Source of the DNA: Salpingoeca rosetta
Lineage: Eukaryota > Protista > Choanoflagellata
NCBI GenBank assembly: GCA_033442325.1
Contig: JAWQFM010000035.1
Span: 455,799-519,798, forward strand
Length of the DNA stretch: 64,000 nt
Reading direction: 5' to 3'
Shown: in pieces, positions 1 to 15,540 of the stretch
Position numbering within the stretch: the first letter of the stretch is position 1
Layout: every line of letters begins with the position of its first letter
Translations under genes and position numbers: made by a program
The notes under the pieces: model-generated
Seen by the model: only the letters and a program-made list of their open reading frames with translations
Database searches by the model: none
What the model was told of the DNA's origin: nothing

Positions 1-4041
<4,041 letters not shown>

Positions 4042-4454
4042 CACGGGTCGTCGACTCTGTGGTGGTGAGAAGACGGCAGGGTGATGATGGTTGGTGATGA
4101 TGTGATGACGATTAGGGGTGGCTGTTGCTGTTTGTTGTGTGTTGTGTGTGTTTGAATCCGCCGCGCAATTTGCGTGAAATCATCGGCGGCGAGATTGCCG
4201 AGTCAGCACATGGCTTTGCTGAGTCAGCAGTATTTTGTTTGTGTTGTTTGTAACAAGCAAGCAACAAGAAGGCAAGCGACTCAGTGCGGTGATGAAGCAA
4301 GCAAGCAAGAGACGGTGCAGTGGACGGCACTGCTTGCTCAGCTCCATTCATCCCTTCTTCCTTCCGGTGTTCGCTCGCCCGCACGTGATCTCAGCTTCCC
4401 TTCCTCTCGTCTTCTTCTCCTTCTCACTCCCTCCTGCCCAAACGATCAAGAATC

Positions 4455-6374
4455 ATGGCGAGCCGTCCTGGGCAGATGCAGAAGCAGCATGCGCACGAGG
4501 TGGAGAACAGCGCGGGCGGGTTTGTGTTCAAGGTGAGCGACATGACGCGTGCGCTGCGGTTCCTCATCCTGGGCTCGGACTCTGGCACGTACTACGCGTC
4601 CGCGCGGAAACTGACGCGCGACAACGCGCAGTGCCTGCAGCGGCTGCTGGATGGCGGGCAGGGCGCGGAGCTGGTGGACCTCGTGCGCACCGTGTCCGTG
4701 GAAGGCCGCGCCGCCAAGCAGGACCCGACCCTGTTCGCGCTTGCGCTGTGTGCAAAGCAGGGCGACACTGCGACGCGCCAGCGCGCGTTCGCCGTGCTGA
4801 GCGAGGTGTGCCGCATCCCAACGCACCTGTTCATGTTCCTGGAGTTTTGCCGCCTGTTTGTGGACGGCAAGGGCTTTGGCCGCGCGCAGCAGCGGGCGGT
4901 TGCGGCCTGGTACAACGGCAAGCCCGCGGACAAGCTGGCCCACGCCATGACCAAATACAAGCAGCGCAACAAGTGGCGCCACGGCGACGTGCTGCGCCTG
5001 GCGCACGCCAAGCCCGCGGACGCCGCGCACAACGCCCTGTACGCGTACGCGACCAAAGGCAAGGATGCCCTCGCGCAGGCGGCGCTATGGACGGAGGACG
5101 AGACGACGCGCGAGCTGCACGCGTTCCTCACGGCGCTGCACGGCCTCGCTGCCGAGGAGGACGTGGGCAACGTGGTCGCCGCCATTGGCGAGCACGCCCT
5201 CGTCCGCGAGCACATCCCCACGCGCTTCCTGTCCTGCAAGCGGGTGTGGCTTGCCATGCTGCCGGGCATGCCGTTCACGGCGCTGGTGCGCAACCTGGCA
5301 ACCATGTCCCGCATCGGGCTGTTCCCCACGCCGCCGGAGGACGAAGACGGCGAGCCAGAGCAGGCGGAGAGCAGCGTGCTGCCTTTGCAGAGGCGCCTGG
5401 CAGGCCTGCGCGTGTCCCCACGCTACAACGTGCGGCGCAACCCGCGCCGCAAGTGCGCCAAGCTGGGCAGCGTCGGTGACGATGGGCGCCGGCGCCACGA
5501 GTCGATGGACGACGACGAGGACGAGGACGAGGAGGCGCGCACGAAGCGGGAGGAGAAGCAGAGGAAGGAGGAGGCAAGGCGAAAGCGCAGGGAGGCCGCG
5601 GAGGTGCGTGACCGCATCACCGCTGAGGATCAGCAGCGCGCCCTGGACCTGGTGTGCGAGAAGCTGGGGGACGAGGCTGCTCTGCGTCGCGCGCGCGTGC
5701 ACCCGTTCAGCGTGCTGCTTGCGCTCTCCACGTATGCGCAGGGGCAGGGCTTCCGCTCGTCTGCGGGCGAGTGGACCCCACATCCGCGCGTGATTGCGTC
5801 ACTGGACCGCGCGTTTGACGCCAGCTTCGCCAACGTGGCGCCCACCAACGAGCGGTACCTGCTGGCGCTGGACGTGTCCGGGTCCATGAGCGTGCCCATC
5901 ATGAACTCGCCGCTGACCGCACGTGATGCAACCGCGGCGCTTGCCTGCGTGACGCTGCGCACGGAGGAGCACGTGGACGTGGTTGCCTTCTGCCACGAGC
6001 TGACACGGCTGGACATTCCGCGCACGGCGCCACTGCAGGAGGTGGTGGAGACGATACAGCACCGCAGCTTTGGGCGCACCGACTGCGCCCTGCCCATGCT
6101 GTACGCCACGCAGCACAAGATGGACGTGGACGTGTTTGTCGTGTACACGGACAGCGAGACGTGGTACGGTGGCACGCACCCGTGCGACGCCCTCCGACAG
6201 TACCGCGCCACGATGAACAAGCCCAACGCCAAGCTGATTGTGGTTGGCATGACGTCCACGGGTTTCACCATTGCGGATCCGCGCGACCCGAACATGCTGG
6301 ACGTGGTTGGCTTTGATGCAAACGCCCCGCTCCTCATGGCTGCTTTTGCTCGCGGCGACCTGGCGGCGCGCTAA
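4455..6374 (+). CDS. RO60: Ro60 / TROVE-domain RNA-binding protein with vWA domain; intronless, ~100-aa charged insertion
   Basis: 639-aa ORF with NSAGGFVF, RFLILGSDSGTYY, CRIPTHLF, KYKQRNKWRHGDVLRLAH, LVCEKL..RARVHPF, MIDAS DVSGS, TDCALPM, VYTDSET and MLDVVGFD. Confidence 0.96.
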   Translation: MASRPGQMQKQHAHEVENSAGGFVFKVSDMTRALRFLILGSDSGTYYASARKLTRDNAQCLQRLLDGGQGAELVDLVRTVSVEGRAAKQDPTLFALALCAKQGDTATRQRAFAVLSEVCRIPTHLFMFLEFCRLFVDGKGFGRAQQRAVAAWYNGKPADKLAHAMTKYKQRNKWRHGDVLRLAHAKPADAAHNALYAYATKGKDALAQAALWTEDETTRELHAFLTALHGLAAEEDVGNVVAAIGEHALVREHIPTRFLSCKRVWLAMLPGMPFTALVRNLATMSRIGLFPTPPEDEDGEPEQAESSVLPLQRRLAGLRVSPRYNVRRNPRRKCAKLGSVGDDGRRRHESMDDDEDEDEEARTKREEKQRKEEARRKRREAAEVRDRITAEDQQRALDLVCEKLGDEAALRRARVHPFSVLLALSTYAQGQGFRSSAGEWTPHPRVIASLDRAFDASFANVAPTNERYLLALDVSGSMSVPIMNSPLTARDATAALACVTLRTEEHVDVVAFCHELTRLDIPRTAPLQEVVETIQHRSFGRTDCALPMLYATQHKMDVDVFVVYTDSETWYGGTHPCDALRQYRATMNKPNAKLIVVGMTSTGFTIADPRDPNMLDVVGFDANAPLLMAAFARGDLAAR

Positions 6375-6403
6375 GGGGCATGTGCTGGTGTGTTTTGGTG
6401 TGT

Positions 6404-6467
<64 letters not shown>

Positions 6468-6498
6468 GTGTGTGTGAATGTAAATTGCGTGCGTGTGA

Positions 6499-6643
<145 letters not shown>

Positions 6644-7007
6644 GGTTGTGAACATCCATGGGTGGGCATTGTAATAGCTGAACCGTCCCTCCCCTCCCCC
6701 CCCTCTCCTTGTCCCCCTCCTATATCCTTGTGCTTGCACCGTGTTGCTGGCGCTTATGTATTTCTGTGACTGGTGTGTCTTGTGCGTTGCCACGTTGCCA
6801 CTTAAATTTGCATTGTCCAATGTGTGATGATGATGATAACTGTAGCCACACGATGCAATTCGACTCCAACTTAAAACAGACCCAGCGAGACAAGCAAGAA
6901 ACATGCAAGAGCATAAACAACAACAATAGTGATGATGACAATCGAGACAAACGATTGAGTTCTCTGCCCCCTCCCGCCACACACACAAACACACACACAC
7001 ACACAAC

Positions 7008-8369
7008 CTATGTGCGGGATCGCAGAAGCCGTGTGTAGGTGTCCTTGAAGTCGCGCGAGACATAGTACTTGGGCCGCTCGTCCACGCGCACATGGAGATA
7101 GCTCACACCAAGCCTGTGGTGGTGGCGACAGTGTGGGGCGAGGATGAGCCACGGTGAGTCAACCTTTGACTTCCAGTCGCCAAACACGGGATCATCGACA
7201 GCCCTCGCTAATATCACACACACACACAGTTGCACACACAAAACCACACACAAGCACACAGTTACACACATACACACACACGCACAGTTGCACACACACA
7301 TACACACACATACACACAAGCACACGCACACACACACACACACAAGCACACGCACGCAAGCACAAGCGCACACGCACCCTGATGTCGAGAGACAGATGAC
7401 AGGCTGGCGATGGAGGCGAGCAAGGGCTTGGTCCGCAGCGACACGGAGCACATCAAGCCGCTGCTGTTGCAAGGCCGACAAGACGTTGCTCGAATCCTGG
7501 TCGCCGTCTGCCGCCACAGCGACGCGGTCTTGCAGCCCATAGTATGTGCCAATGTGCGCATACGCGCGAGTATCCACCCCTTGCAGCGGAACAGGCACAG
7601 TGAGCTCTGCGTCGCCGCCCAGGTTGCTGAAGTGCACCACGCGCGGCTGCGGCTGGCCGTCCGTGCCGCCAAAGTGTTCGCTGAAGGCGTCCACGTCTGT
7701 GCTGATGGCGTCCAGCGCAGGCGCGGGCACGAGCCGCATCCGAAATGTGTCGTCGAGTGTGTGCAAGGTCATTGGCTCGCACTCCCAGAAGAACCCGGCG
7801 CCAGTGCGGCCATTGTCGTCCACCCCGTGCTGCAGCACATCCACAAACAGCCGTCGCAGGGCGTCCGATTCCGTCTGACTGGACAACAACCCCAGCACCC
7901 GCCTTGCTGTTAACCTCTCCCTGTGGCCCTGCGGGTGTTGCTGTTGGTGCGTGTGCTGCTGTTGCTGTTTCTGTTGTTTTTGCTGTTTATGTTGCTGTTT
8001 ATGTTGCTGTTGCTGTTGCTGTTGCTGTTGCACATGCTGCTGCACATGTTGTGCACTTTTCCTCGTGTCGTCCCCCTCCTTCTTCCCCACATGGAGTTCT
8101 TCCTCCTTCTCAACTACACTTGCCACGGTCAAGATGCCATTGCGGTGCTTCTCGATGAGAAACCTCGTGTGTTGTGTGCCCTCTTGCCGTGTGGCGCTCC
8201 TCGCCAGCTCCCCATCCGCCGCCATCGCCTCCCCCGTCACCCCCGCCATCGCGCCAGTCATTGTCTCTGTCATCGTCTCAGAGGTGTCCTTCCACCACAC
8301 CACACAACAAGTGCCAACGACAACAAACAGCACAGTCAGCACGGCGATGGTGATTGTCGGGTGCGACAT
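7008..8369 (-). CDS. Membrane-anchored uncharacterised protein with a DUF6940-like C-terminal domain; one in-frame intron (7114-7377)
   Basis: N-terminal hydrophobic anchor and polyQ linker, then [30 protein letters not shown]. Removing the GT-AG intron 7377-7114 joins LSTSG to [17 protein letters not shown]. Family assignment is from memory. Confidence 0.75.
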   Translation of the reverse strand: MSHPTITIAVLTVLFVVVGTCCVVWWKDTSETMTETMTGAMAGVTGEAMAADGELARSATRQEGTQHTRFLIEKHRNGILTVASVVEKEEELHVGKKEGDDTRKSAQHVQQHVQQQQQQQQQHKQQHKQQKQQKQQQQHTHQQQHPQGHRERLTARRVLGLLSSQTESDALRRLFVDVLQHGVDDNGRTGAGFFWECEPMTLHTLDDTFRMRLVPAPALDAISTDVDAFSEHFGGTDGQPQPRVVHFSNLGGDAELTVPVPLQGVDTRAYAHIGTYYGLQDRVAVAADGDQDSSNVLSALQQQRLDVLRVAADQALARLHRQPVICLSTSGCVCACACVRVLVCVCVCVCLCVCVCMCVCNCACVCMCVTVCLCVVLCVQLCVCVILARAVDDPVFGDWKSKVDSPWLILAPHCRHHHRLGVSYLHVRVDERPKYYVSRDFKDTYTRLLRSRT

Positions 8370-8781
8370 GATGATTATGAGCTCAATCCTGATTTCAGGT
8401 ACACATTCTGGCGCACGTCAAAGTTGATCGGCGGGAATAGCACCGTAAATCGTCCGCCAACATTCCGCAAAACCCACGTGCATGCGCGTCAGCGAAAACC
8501 AACAGAAATCGTCAACGAATGATCGTCAACACAAAAGCCGTGCGCAATCACTGCACACCCACCCACAGCAGCAGACAAAAAAATTTGCCAGCCACGCGCG
8601 CAACCGCTTGCTCTCACCTTTCTTTCTTGCTTGCTTTCTTGCTCTCTCTCTCTCTTGTGTGCGCGTGTGTCTCTTGATTCTGCCTTTTTCCCTTTGGTCG
8701 CATCCGCGTGCACATCACCCTTCATCCACCTGCCGGTCACCCACCCTCCCTTTTCACCCCTCCCACGAGACAACCGCCACC

Positions 8782-11700
8782 ATGGTAAGTGCACCTGCCT
8801 GTGCCTGTGCCTCTGTGCGTGCACACGAGAGCGTGCTTGGGTTTGTGTGGGTGTGTGCAAGCGAGTGCATCCACAAGCATCCCGCTCTTCTTTATGGGAG
8901 GGCGATCTCAAAGACATGTGCATGCACACATGCATATGTGCACATGTGCACATGTGCACATATGCGTTTTCCTCGCGTCGACGATTCTACTGCCACCTTC
9001 GGCGGACTTGTGTGCATGCTCGTTTTCCTCCTCTTCCCTTGCCACCAATGTTGATCCTCTCCTCCACGATTGCACACTCTTCCCTCGTTGTTTTTTTCGC
9101 CTTTGCGTCTGCCAACTTGTCTTCATCTGCGATCGCTTTTATGCGCACGCACGTGGTCCACCACCACCCAATATGGCATCTGAAAACCGATTTCCTTTTC
9201 GTCCCCCTCTTTTCTCTCACCATCCTTCTCTTCTTGACCGTTCCCCTTCTTCGCTCCAACGCACACACAAACATGCATCAATGGCTGAATCCATCCACCA
9301 CACCACCCACTCACTCACACACACACTCACACACGCTCGACCCCTACCCCTGCCCCCTTTCTCTTTCCAAACTCAGGTGCATTTCACAGTGAGCCAGATC
9401 CGTGAGATCATGGACAAGCGTCACAACATCCGTAACATGTCTGTGATTGCCCACGTCGATCACGGCAAGTCCACCCTCACGGACTCGCTCGTGTCCAAGG
9501 CCGGTATCATCGCCGGTGCCAAGGCCGGTGAGACCCGCTTCACGGATACCCGTGCCGATGAGCAGGAGCGCTGCATCACCATCAAGTCCACCGCCATCTC
9601 CCTGTACTACGAGCTTGACGAGAAGGACATGGTCTTCGTCAAGCAGGAGAGCCAGGGCAACGCCTTCCTCATCAACCTCATCGACTCCCCCGGGCACGTC
9701 GATTTCTCGTCCGAGGTGACGGCCGCCCTCCGCGTCACCGATGGCGCCCTCGTCGTCGTTGACTGCGTCTCCGGCGTGTGCGTGCAGACCGAGACTGTGC
9801 TTCGCCAGGCCATTGCCGAGCGCATCAAGCCCATCCTCTTCATGAACAAGATGGACCGCGCTCTCCTCGAGCTCCAGCTGGAGAAGGAGGACCTCTACCA
9901 GACGTTCCAGCGCATCGTCGAGAGCGTCAACGTCATCATCGCCACCTACGGTGACGACGACGGTCCCATGGGCCCCATCCAGGTCGACGTCGCCAAGGGC
10001 ACCGTCGGCTTTGGCTCCGGCCTCCACGGCTGGGCCTTCACCCTCAAGCAGTTTGCCGAGATGTACTCTGCCAAGTTTGGCATTGACATTGAGAAGATGA
10101 TGTCCCGCCTCTGGGGCAACCAGTTCTTCAACGCCAAGACCAAGAAGTGGCGCAAGTCCGAGGGCGACGGCTTCCAGCGTGGCTTCAACATGTTCGTGCT
10201 CGACCCCATCTACAAGCTCTTCGACGCCGTCATGAACTTCAAGAAGGACATGACCGCCAAGCTCATCGAGAAGCTCGACATCAAGCTCCAGGGTGACGAG
10301 AAGAGCCTCGAGGGCAAGCCCCTCATGAAGGTCATGATGCGCCGCTGGCTCCCCGCCGGTGAGGCTCTCCTGCAGATGATTGCCATCCACCTTCCCTCCC
10401 CCGTCACCGCCCAGGCCTACCGTATGGAGATGCTCTACGAAGGCCCCCACGACGACGAGGCCGCCCTTGGCATCAAGAACTGCGACCCCGAGGCCCCTCT
10501 GATGATGTACATCTCCAAGATGGTCCCCACCTCCGACAAGGGCCGCTTCTACGCCTTCGGCCGTGTCTACTCTGGCAAGGTCGCCACCGGCCTCAAGTGC
10601 CGCATCATGGGGCCCAACTACGTGCCCGGCAAGAAGGACGATCTCTTCATCAAGAACATCCAGCGCACCATCCTCATGATGGGCCGCTACATTGAGCCCA
10701 TTGAGGACGTCCCCGCCGGTAACATTGTCGGTCTCGTCGGCGTCGACCAGTTCCTCGTCAAGACCGGTACCATCACCACCTCCGATGCCGCCCACAACAT
10801 GAAGGTCATGAAGTTCTCCGTCTCCCCCGTCGTCCGCGTCGCCGTCGAGGCCAAGAACCCCTCGGACCTCCCCAAGCTCGTCGAGGGTCTCAAGCGCCTT
10901 GCCAAGTCCGACCCCATGGTCCAGTGCATCATCGAGGAGTCTGGCGAGCACATTGTTGCCGGTGCCGGTGAGCTCCATCTCGAGATTTGCCTCAAGGATC
11001 TCGAGGAGGACCACGCCCAGATCCCCATCAAGAAGTCCGAGCCCGTCGTGTCCTACCGCGAGACCGTCTCCGAGATGTCCAACATCATGTGCCTCTCCAA
11101 GTCCCCCAACAAGCACAACCGTCTCTTCATGAAGGCCGAGCCTCTCGCCGAGGGTCTCGCTGAGGCCATTGAGGACGAGAAGGTCACCTCCAGGCAGGAC
11201 CCTAAGGAGCGCGCCCGCTACCTCGCCGACAACTTTGAGTGGGACCTCACCGATGCCCGTAAGATCTGGTGCTTCGGCCCTGAGGGCACTGGCCCCAACG
11301 TCGTCGTCGATGTCTCCAAGGGTGTCCAGGTGAGCGCGACTGTGCTATTATTGTTGGATTTTTTTTTTCGTCAATGCTGTTGTTTGTCTTGCGGCCAGGC
11401 CTTCGACTTCACAGTGGTTTCCCTCTCCTCCTGATGATGCACATCATTGATTTACATCTGACGTGCGCCTTGTATGGCGTATGGTGATGCTTTATTCAAT
11501 GTTAAACACTCTAATTTTTTGCTGAGGGGTTGTTGTTATCCGCCATGTTCCTCCACCTCTTGTTGTTCGGCACTCACACGCGGCATCATCATCCCGCTCA
11601 TTTGCACTGCAATTTCACTCACTCAAAACCCCATCTCCTTTCTCCCGCTCCCTCTCATTCACACAGTACCTGAACGAGATCAAGGACAGCGTCGTCGCTG

Positions 11701-12233
11701 GTTTCCAGTGGGCCACCAAGGAGGGTGTGCTCGCCGACGAGAACATGCGCGGCATCCGCTTCAACATCTACGATGTCACCCTGCACACCGATGCCATCCA
11801 CCGCGGTGGCGGCCAGATCATCCCCACCGCCCGCCGCTGCATGTACGCGTGCTGCCTCACCGCCTCTCCCCGCCTCATGGAGCCCGTCTTCCTTGTCGAG
11901 ATTCAGTGCCCAGAGAACGCCATTGGTGGCATCTACGGTGTCCTCACCCGCCGTCGTGGTCACGTCTTCGAGGAGAACCGCGTTGCCGGTACCCCCATGT
12001 ACAACGTCAAGGCTTACCTGCCCGTCATGGAGTCCTTTGGCTTCGACTCTGCCCTCCGCGCCGGTACCGGTGGCCAGGCCTTCCCCCAGTGCGTCTTCGA
12101 TCACTGGCAGGTGCTCACCGCCGATCCTCTCGACCCATCCTCCATTGCCGGTCAGATTGTCAACAAGTCCCGTACCCGCAAGGGTCTCTCCCCCGAGCCC
12201 TTCCCTCTGGACAAGTACTACGACAAGCTCTAA
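8782..12233 (+). CDS. EEF2: Eukaryotic translation elongation factor 2 (exons 8782-8784, 9377-11329, 11667-12233)
   Basis: Kozak-like CCGCCACCATG|gtaagt ATG-only first exon. Motifs [27 protein letters not shown] and the diphthamide loop [15 protein letters not shown]. Strong C-ending codon bias. Confidence 0.98.
11427..11529 (+). ncRNA. Intronic box C/D snoRNA in eEF2 intron 2, predicted 18S rRNA 2'-O-methylation guide
   Basis: Box C cTGATGA 11431-11437, D' CTGA 11458-11461, internal hairpin CGTGCGCC/GGCGTATG, C' GTGATG 11484, box D CTGA 11522-11525, short terminal stem CTCC/GGGG. The pre-D guide TAAACACTCTAATTTTTT is complementary to conserved 18S AAAAAAUUAGAGUGUUYA. Confidence 0.85.
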
Positions 12234-12836
12234 GCTCCCCCGTGCTGTTTTGTTTGTGGATAGTCTTGGTCCTTTCGGGTGTCGTGTTGTGCATCCATGT
12301 TGGTGTCGTCTTCCCCTTCTTTACGTTGCGCTCCTACTATACTCTGCCCTTTCTTCCTTCTTCTCCACGCTGTTCTGTCTGTGTTTTGTGTTGCTCTATG
12401 CGACTCTTTACGACCAAACCAGCAATGTTCGGTCGGTGACGTGTCTTGTGCGTGTGCGTCATTTGCGTCATTTGTGCTGCCGCTGTGCTCGTTCTCTGCT
12501 GTCTTCGTCGCTCTCCATGCTCTCTCGTTTGGTATGTGAAGGAAGTCATCTCAGGCGACCAGCTCACCACTGATGATGTTTTAAAGGCTTTCACGCCTTG
12601 TCAAGTACACGGGCAGCCCTCGGCAAATCCTCCGCAATTGAGAATGTGGAAGACACAGTGCGAAGAGAGAGAGAGAGCAGAGGCACGGCGCTTGCGTGTT
12701 GTGTGTGTGTGTGTGTGTGCGCGCGCTCTGAAGGTGCTGTACCGATGTGACATGAGGATTTCAAAAGTGTACTCAAGAGTTTGTGCACACAGGACAGCGG
12801 CAAAGGGGCAAGCAATCAAGGACATGCATGTCGGAT

Positions 12837-12897
<61 letters not shown>

Positions 12898-12902
12898 TTC
12901 GA

Positions 12903-15121
12903 TCAGTCATCACGGTCAACAAAAGGCTGTCGAATCGACGACACAGTGTAGGGCTGGCTGCCAGCATCATGCTCATCATGATCATCATCACTGTCCTTGA
13001 GTTGCCGGTAGCGCGAGGACGACATGATGGCCCCCGAGCCCGTGTGCTGCGACACAGAGGCGAGCGCAGAGTGCAGCGTGTTGCTGCTGTTGTTGGTGCC
13101 ACCACCACCACCACCACCACCACCACCACTACCACCATGAGGCCCGAGCAAGGATGACGGCATGAGCGCTGACTTGCGCTTGAGGTTGCGGTAGATGCCA
13201 ACCAATATGGCCACCACCACCGCCGACGCCAGCACAGCGAGCGTGACGTTCGCCGCCTGCTTCAGGCCGCCACCAGCTGCACCCAACACGTCGTCACCGG
13301 GCTCAAAGATGGCAGCAAGGCCCTGCGTGGACTGGAACGCCAGCGTGTGGTCGTGCCCCACGTTTGGCACCACGGAGATGTTGTGCACGGGCCGCTTGAA
13401 GAACGCCTGCACAAACTTGAAGTACAGCTGCCCGCGCTCCAGCCTGAACCGCCCCTCAAACATGTCCATGCATGTCTTCTCCAGGCCGTGCGACTGGCAG
13501 CCTGGCTCCAGGTCCTCGTTGCACGTGTCGTTGCCGCCAAGCAGGTACACCACGTGCTGGTGCGCGTACGCCTGCTTGAGGGTGTCCACGGGCCGCCCGT
13601 TGGCAACGTACAGCGGAAACGCGCCGTCCAGGCCCCACTCCCACATGTTGTAGTTGTCGCAGTTGTTGAGCTGCTCCTCCGTGGGGATGACGAGGTCCCC
13701 GTCAATCCACCTGCGCGGGTCGAGGTAGCAGTAGGAGGAAGGATTGGCCACCACATAGCGGAACGCGCGGGCAAGCCCGCTTCCGAGGTGCAGCGCATGT
13801 TGCGTCAGGGCGTAGCGCTGGACCGTCTGTCCGCCAGACGAGTGCCCGACCAGCGTCACCTGCTGCAGCTTCGGGTACGTGTGCGTGGAGTTGAGCGCCT
13901 TGAGCATGCGGTCGAGGATGGCGTAACTACTGGTGGTGGCGCCCGTCTTGGTTGCGCTGGGCTCCGACTCCTGCCCAGACCGCCACACGCCGTTCTCGTC
14001 CGCACCGCTCCAGTACACCACGCCTGGGTTGAAGTGGGGGAGGTTGGAGGGAGGGGGAGCGAAGTAGGCGTGAGTAAGGTGGTGGTGAGACGAGGAGTGT
14101 GTGGAAGGAGTTTGTGGAACAGATACATGCAATCACACACGCACACACAGAGGAAAGCAGACGCACACACAGAGACAGAAAGGCAGGCACACAGAGAGAG
14201 AGAGAGATGCACACACACACACACACACAGATACACAGATACACACACACACAGATACACACACACACAGATACACACACACATGCACACACACAGAGCG
14301 CCCCAATGCTCACCGTCCGGAGGGTTGTCCTGGGGCTCCATGAACCAAGGTGCAAACACGGCGACGGAGTTGCGCGGGTAGTGGGACTGCAGCGCCGCAG
14401 CCTCGAGCATGGAGCAGAAGTACTCGTCGGCATTGCGGGCAGCACCATGCACCACAATGACAGCCATGCGGATGCCTGACCTGTCCGGCCTCTCAATGTC
14501 GCCGTTGTCGCTGAAGTACACAAAGTCCGTGTCATCCACCACGTTCTTCAACCGCTGTGTCGGCAAAGGTCCCCGGCACAGGTTGTATAGCGGCATCCAC
14601 GGCATGTATGGGTGCTGCTCCACATCATCTGCCTCGCAGCGGGAGCCAGCACAGTGATATCCATGTGCACAGCAGTGTTTGCCATCATGGCAGCAGACTA
14701 ATTACATGTGTTTGGTGGTTGGTGGTTGTGGAAGGAGGAGCGTGAATTGGTGAATGGGCGTGAAGTGTGCTCTCAAAAGCAAGACACGCACGCACACTCA
14801 AATATACACACACATGCACACGAACAAGACACGAACACATGCACACATAAATACGCACACACACACACACACATGTGCACATGCACACACATGCACACAC
14901 ATGCACCCACACAAACGTACGCACATACCGGCGTGCGAGGATGGGCAGCAGCCGTTATCACAGCAGGTGCTTCCTGAAGGACACTCAAGCGCATCCGCTG
15001 TAGTGCTGGTGTTGTGTGAGGGGCAGGTGATTGTGGCATTGACGCTACTACGGCCGCCAGCGCTCAGAAAGAGGACGAGGACAACAGCAACAGCAGCAGC
15101 TGTCATCCGCACCCTCATCAT
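12903..15121 (-). CDS. Type I membrane protein: signal peptide + granulin module + alpha/beta-hydrolase + TM + cytosolic tail (exons 15121-14929, 14697-14314, 14023-12903)
   Basis: Spliced N-terminus CPSGSTCCDNGCCPSSHAVCCHDGKHCCAHGYHCAGSRC. Hydrolase motifs VVHGAARNADEY, GHSSGGQ (nucleophile elbow), YVVANPSSY, GGND, VGHDH. TM VTLAVLASAVVVAILVGIY. Confidence 0.85.
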
Positions 15122-15540
15122 CGTTGACCGCGTTGTGTTTAGGTGTGTACGTCTGTATGTGTGCGTATGTGTGTGTTCAAGTGTTTGTCCGAGTTGTGTT
15201 GAGTTTGGTGGGCTCAATTGCTGCACTGGATGAATGAAGGGTGAGTATTGATCGCGAGCGTTGATCGCGGATGCTGGTCGTTGTAGATCCGTGTGTTGCT
15301 GGTCGTCGATGTGTTGATGGTCGCAGGTAGGCAGGTGTGTGTGTGTGTTGCTCCCTCACCCTTTGATCTTTGCAACGCTTGTTGCGGCAACGACCAACCA
15401 AGTTGTGCAGTCGCTTGGTTGGGCGGCGATAAACACCTGGAAACGACAGCATATTGTGTAGTGAACACGATCCGCGCCACAAAAAAACAACTGCAGCGAG
15501 AGCACTGCTGCACTGCCCCCCTTCAGTCAGCCAGTCAGCC

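Noticed and set aside
4044-4454. Search for a Y RNA beside Ro60; small hairpin CCGCCG..CGGCGG near 4158-4190
   Set aside because: No GGUCCGA/UUGAC-type Ro-binding stem with a Pol III terminator; the region is better explained as a bidirectional promoter.
8830-8920. Two hairpins followed by ACA in eEF2 intron 1, a possible H/ACA snoRNA
   Set aside because: No clear H box or pseudouridylation pocket, and GT/CA-rich sequence folds by chance.
9344-11116. 590-aa antisense ORF over eEF2 (and similar antisense ORFs over Ro60, the propellers and the TRP gene)
   Set aside because: Shadow ORFs caused by strong codon bias on the coding strand.
12530-12680. TGATGA-containing non-repetitive stretch after eEF2
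   Set aside because: No matched box D, terminal stem or recognisable guide, and no convincing ORF.
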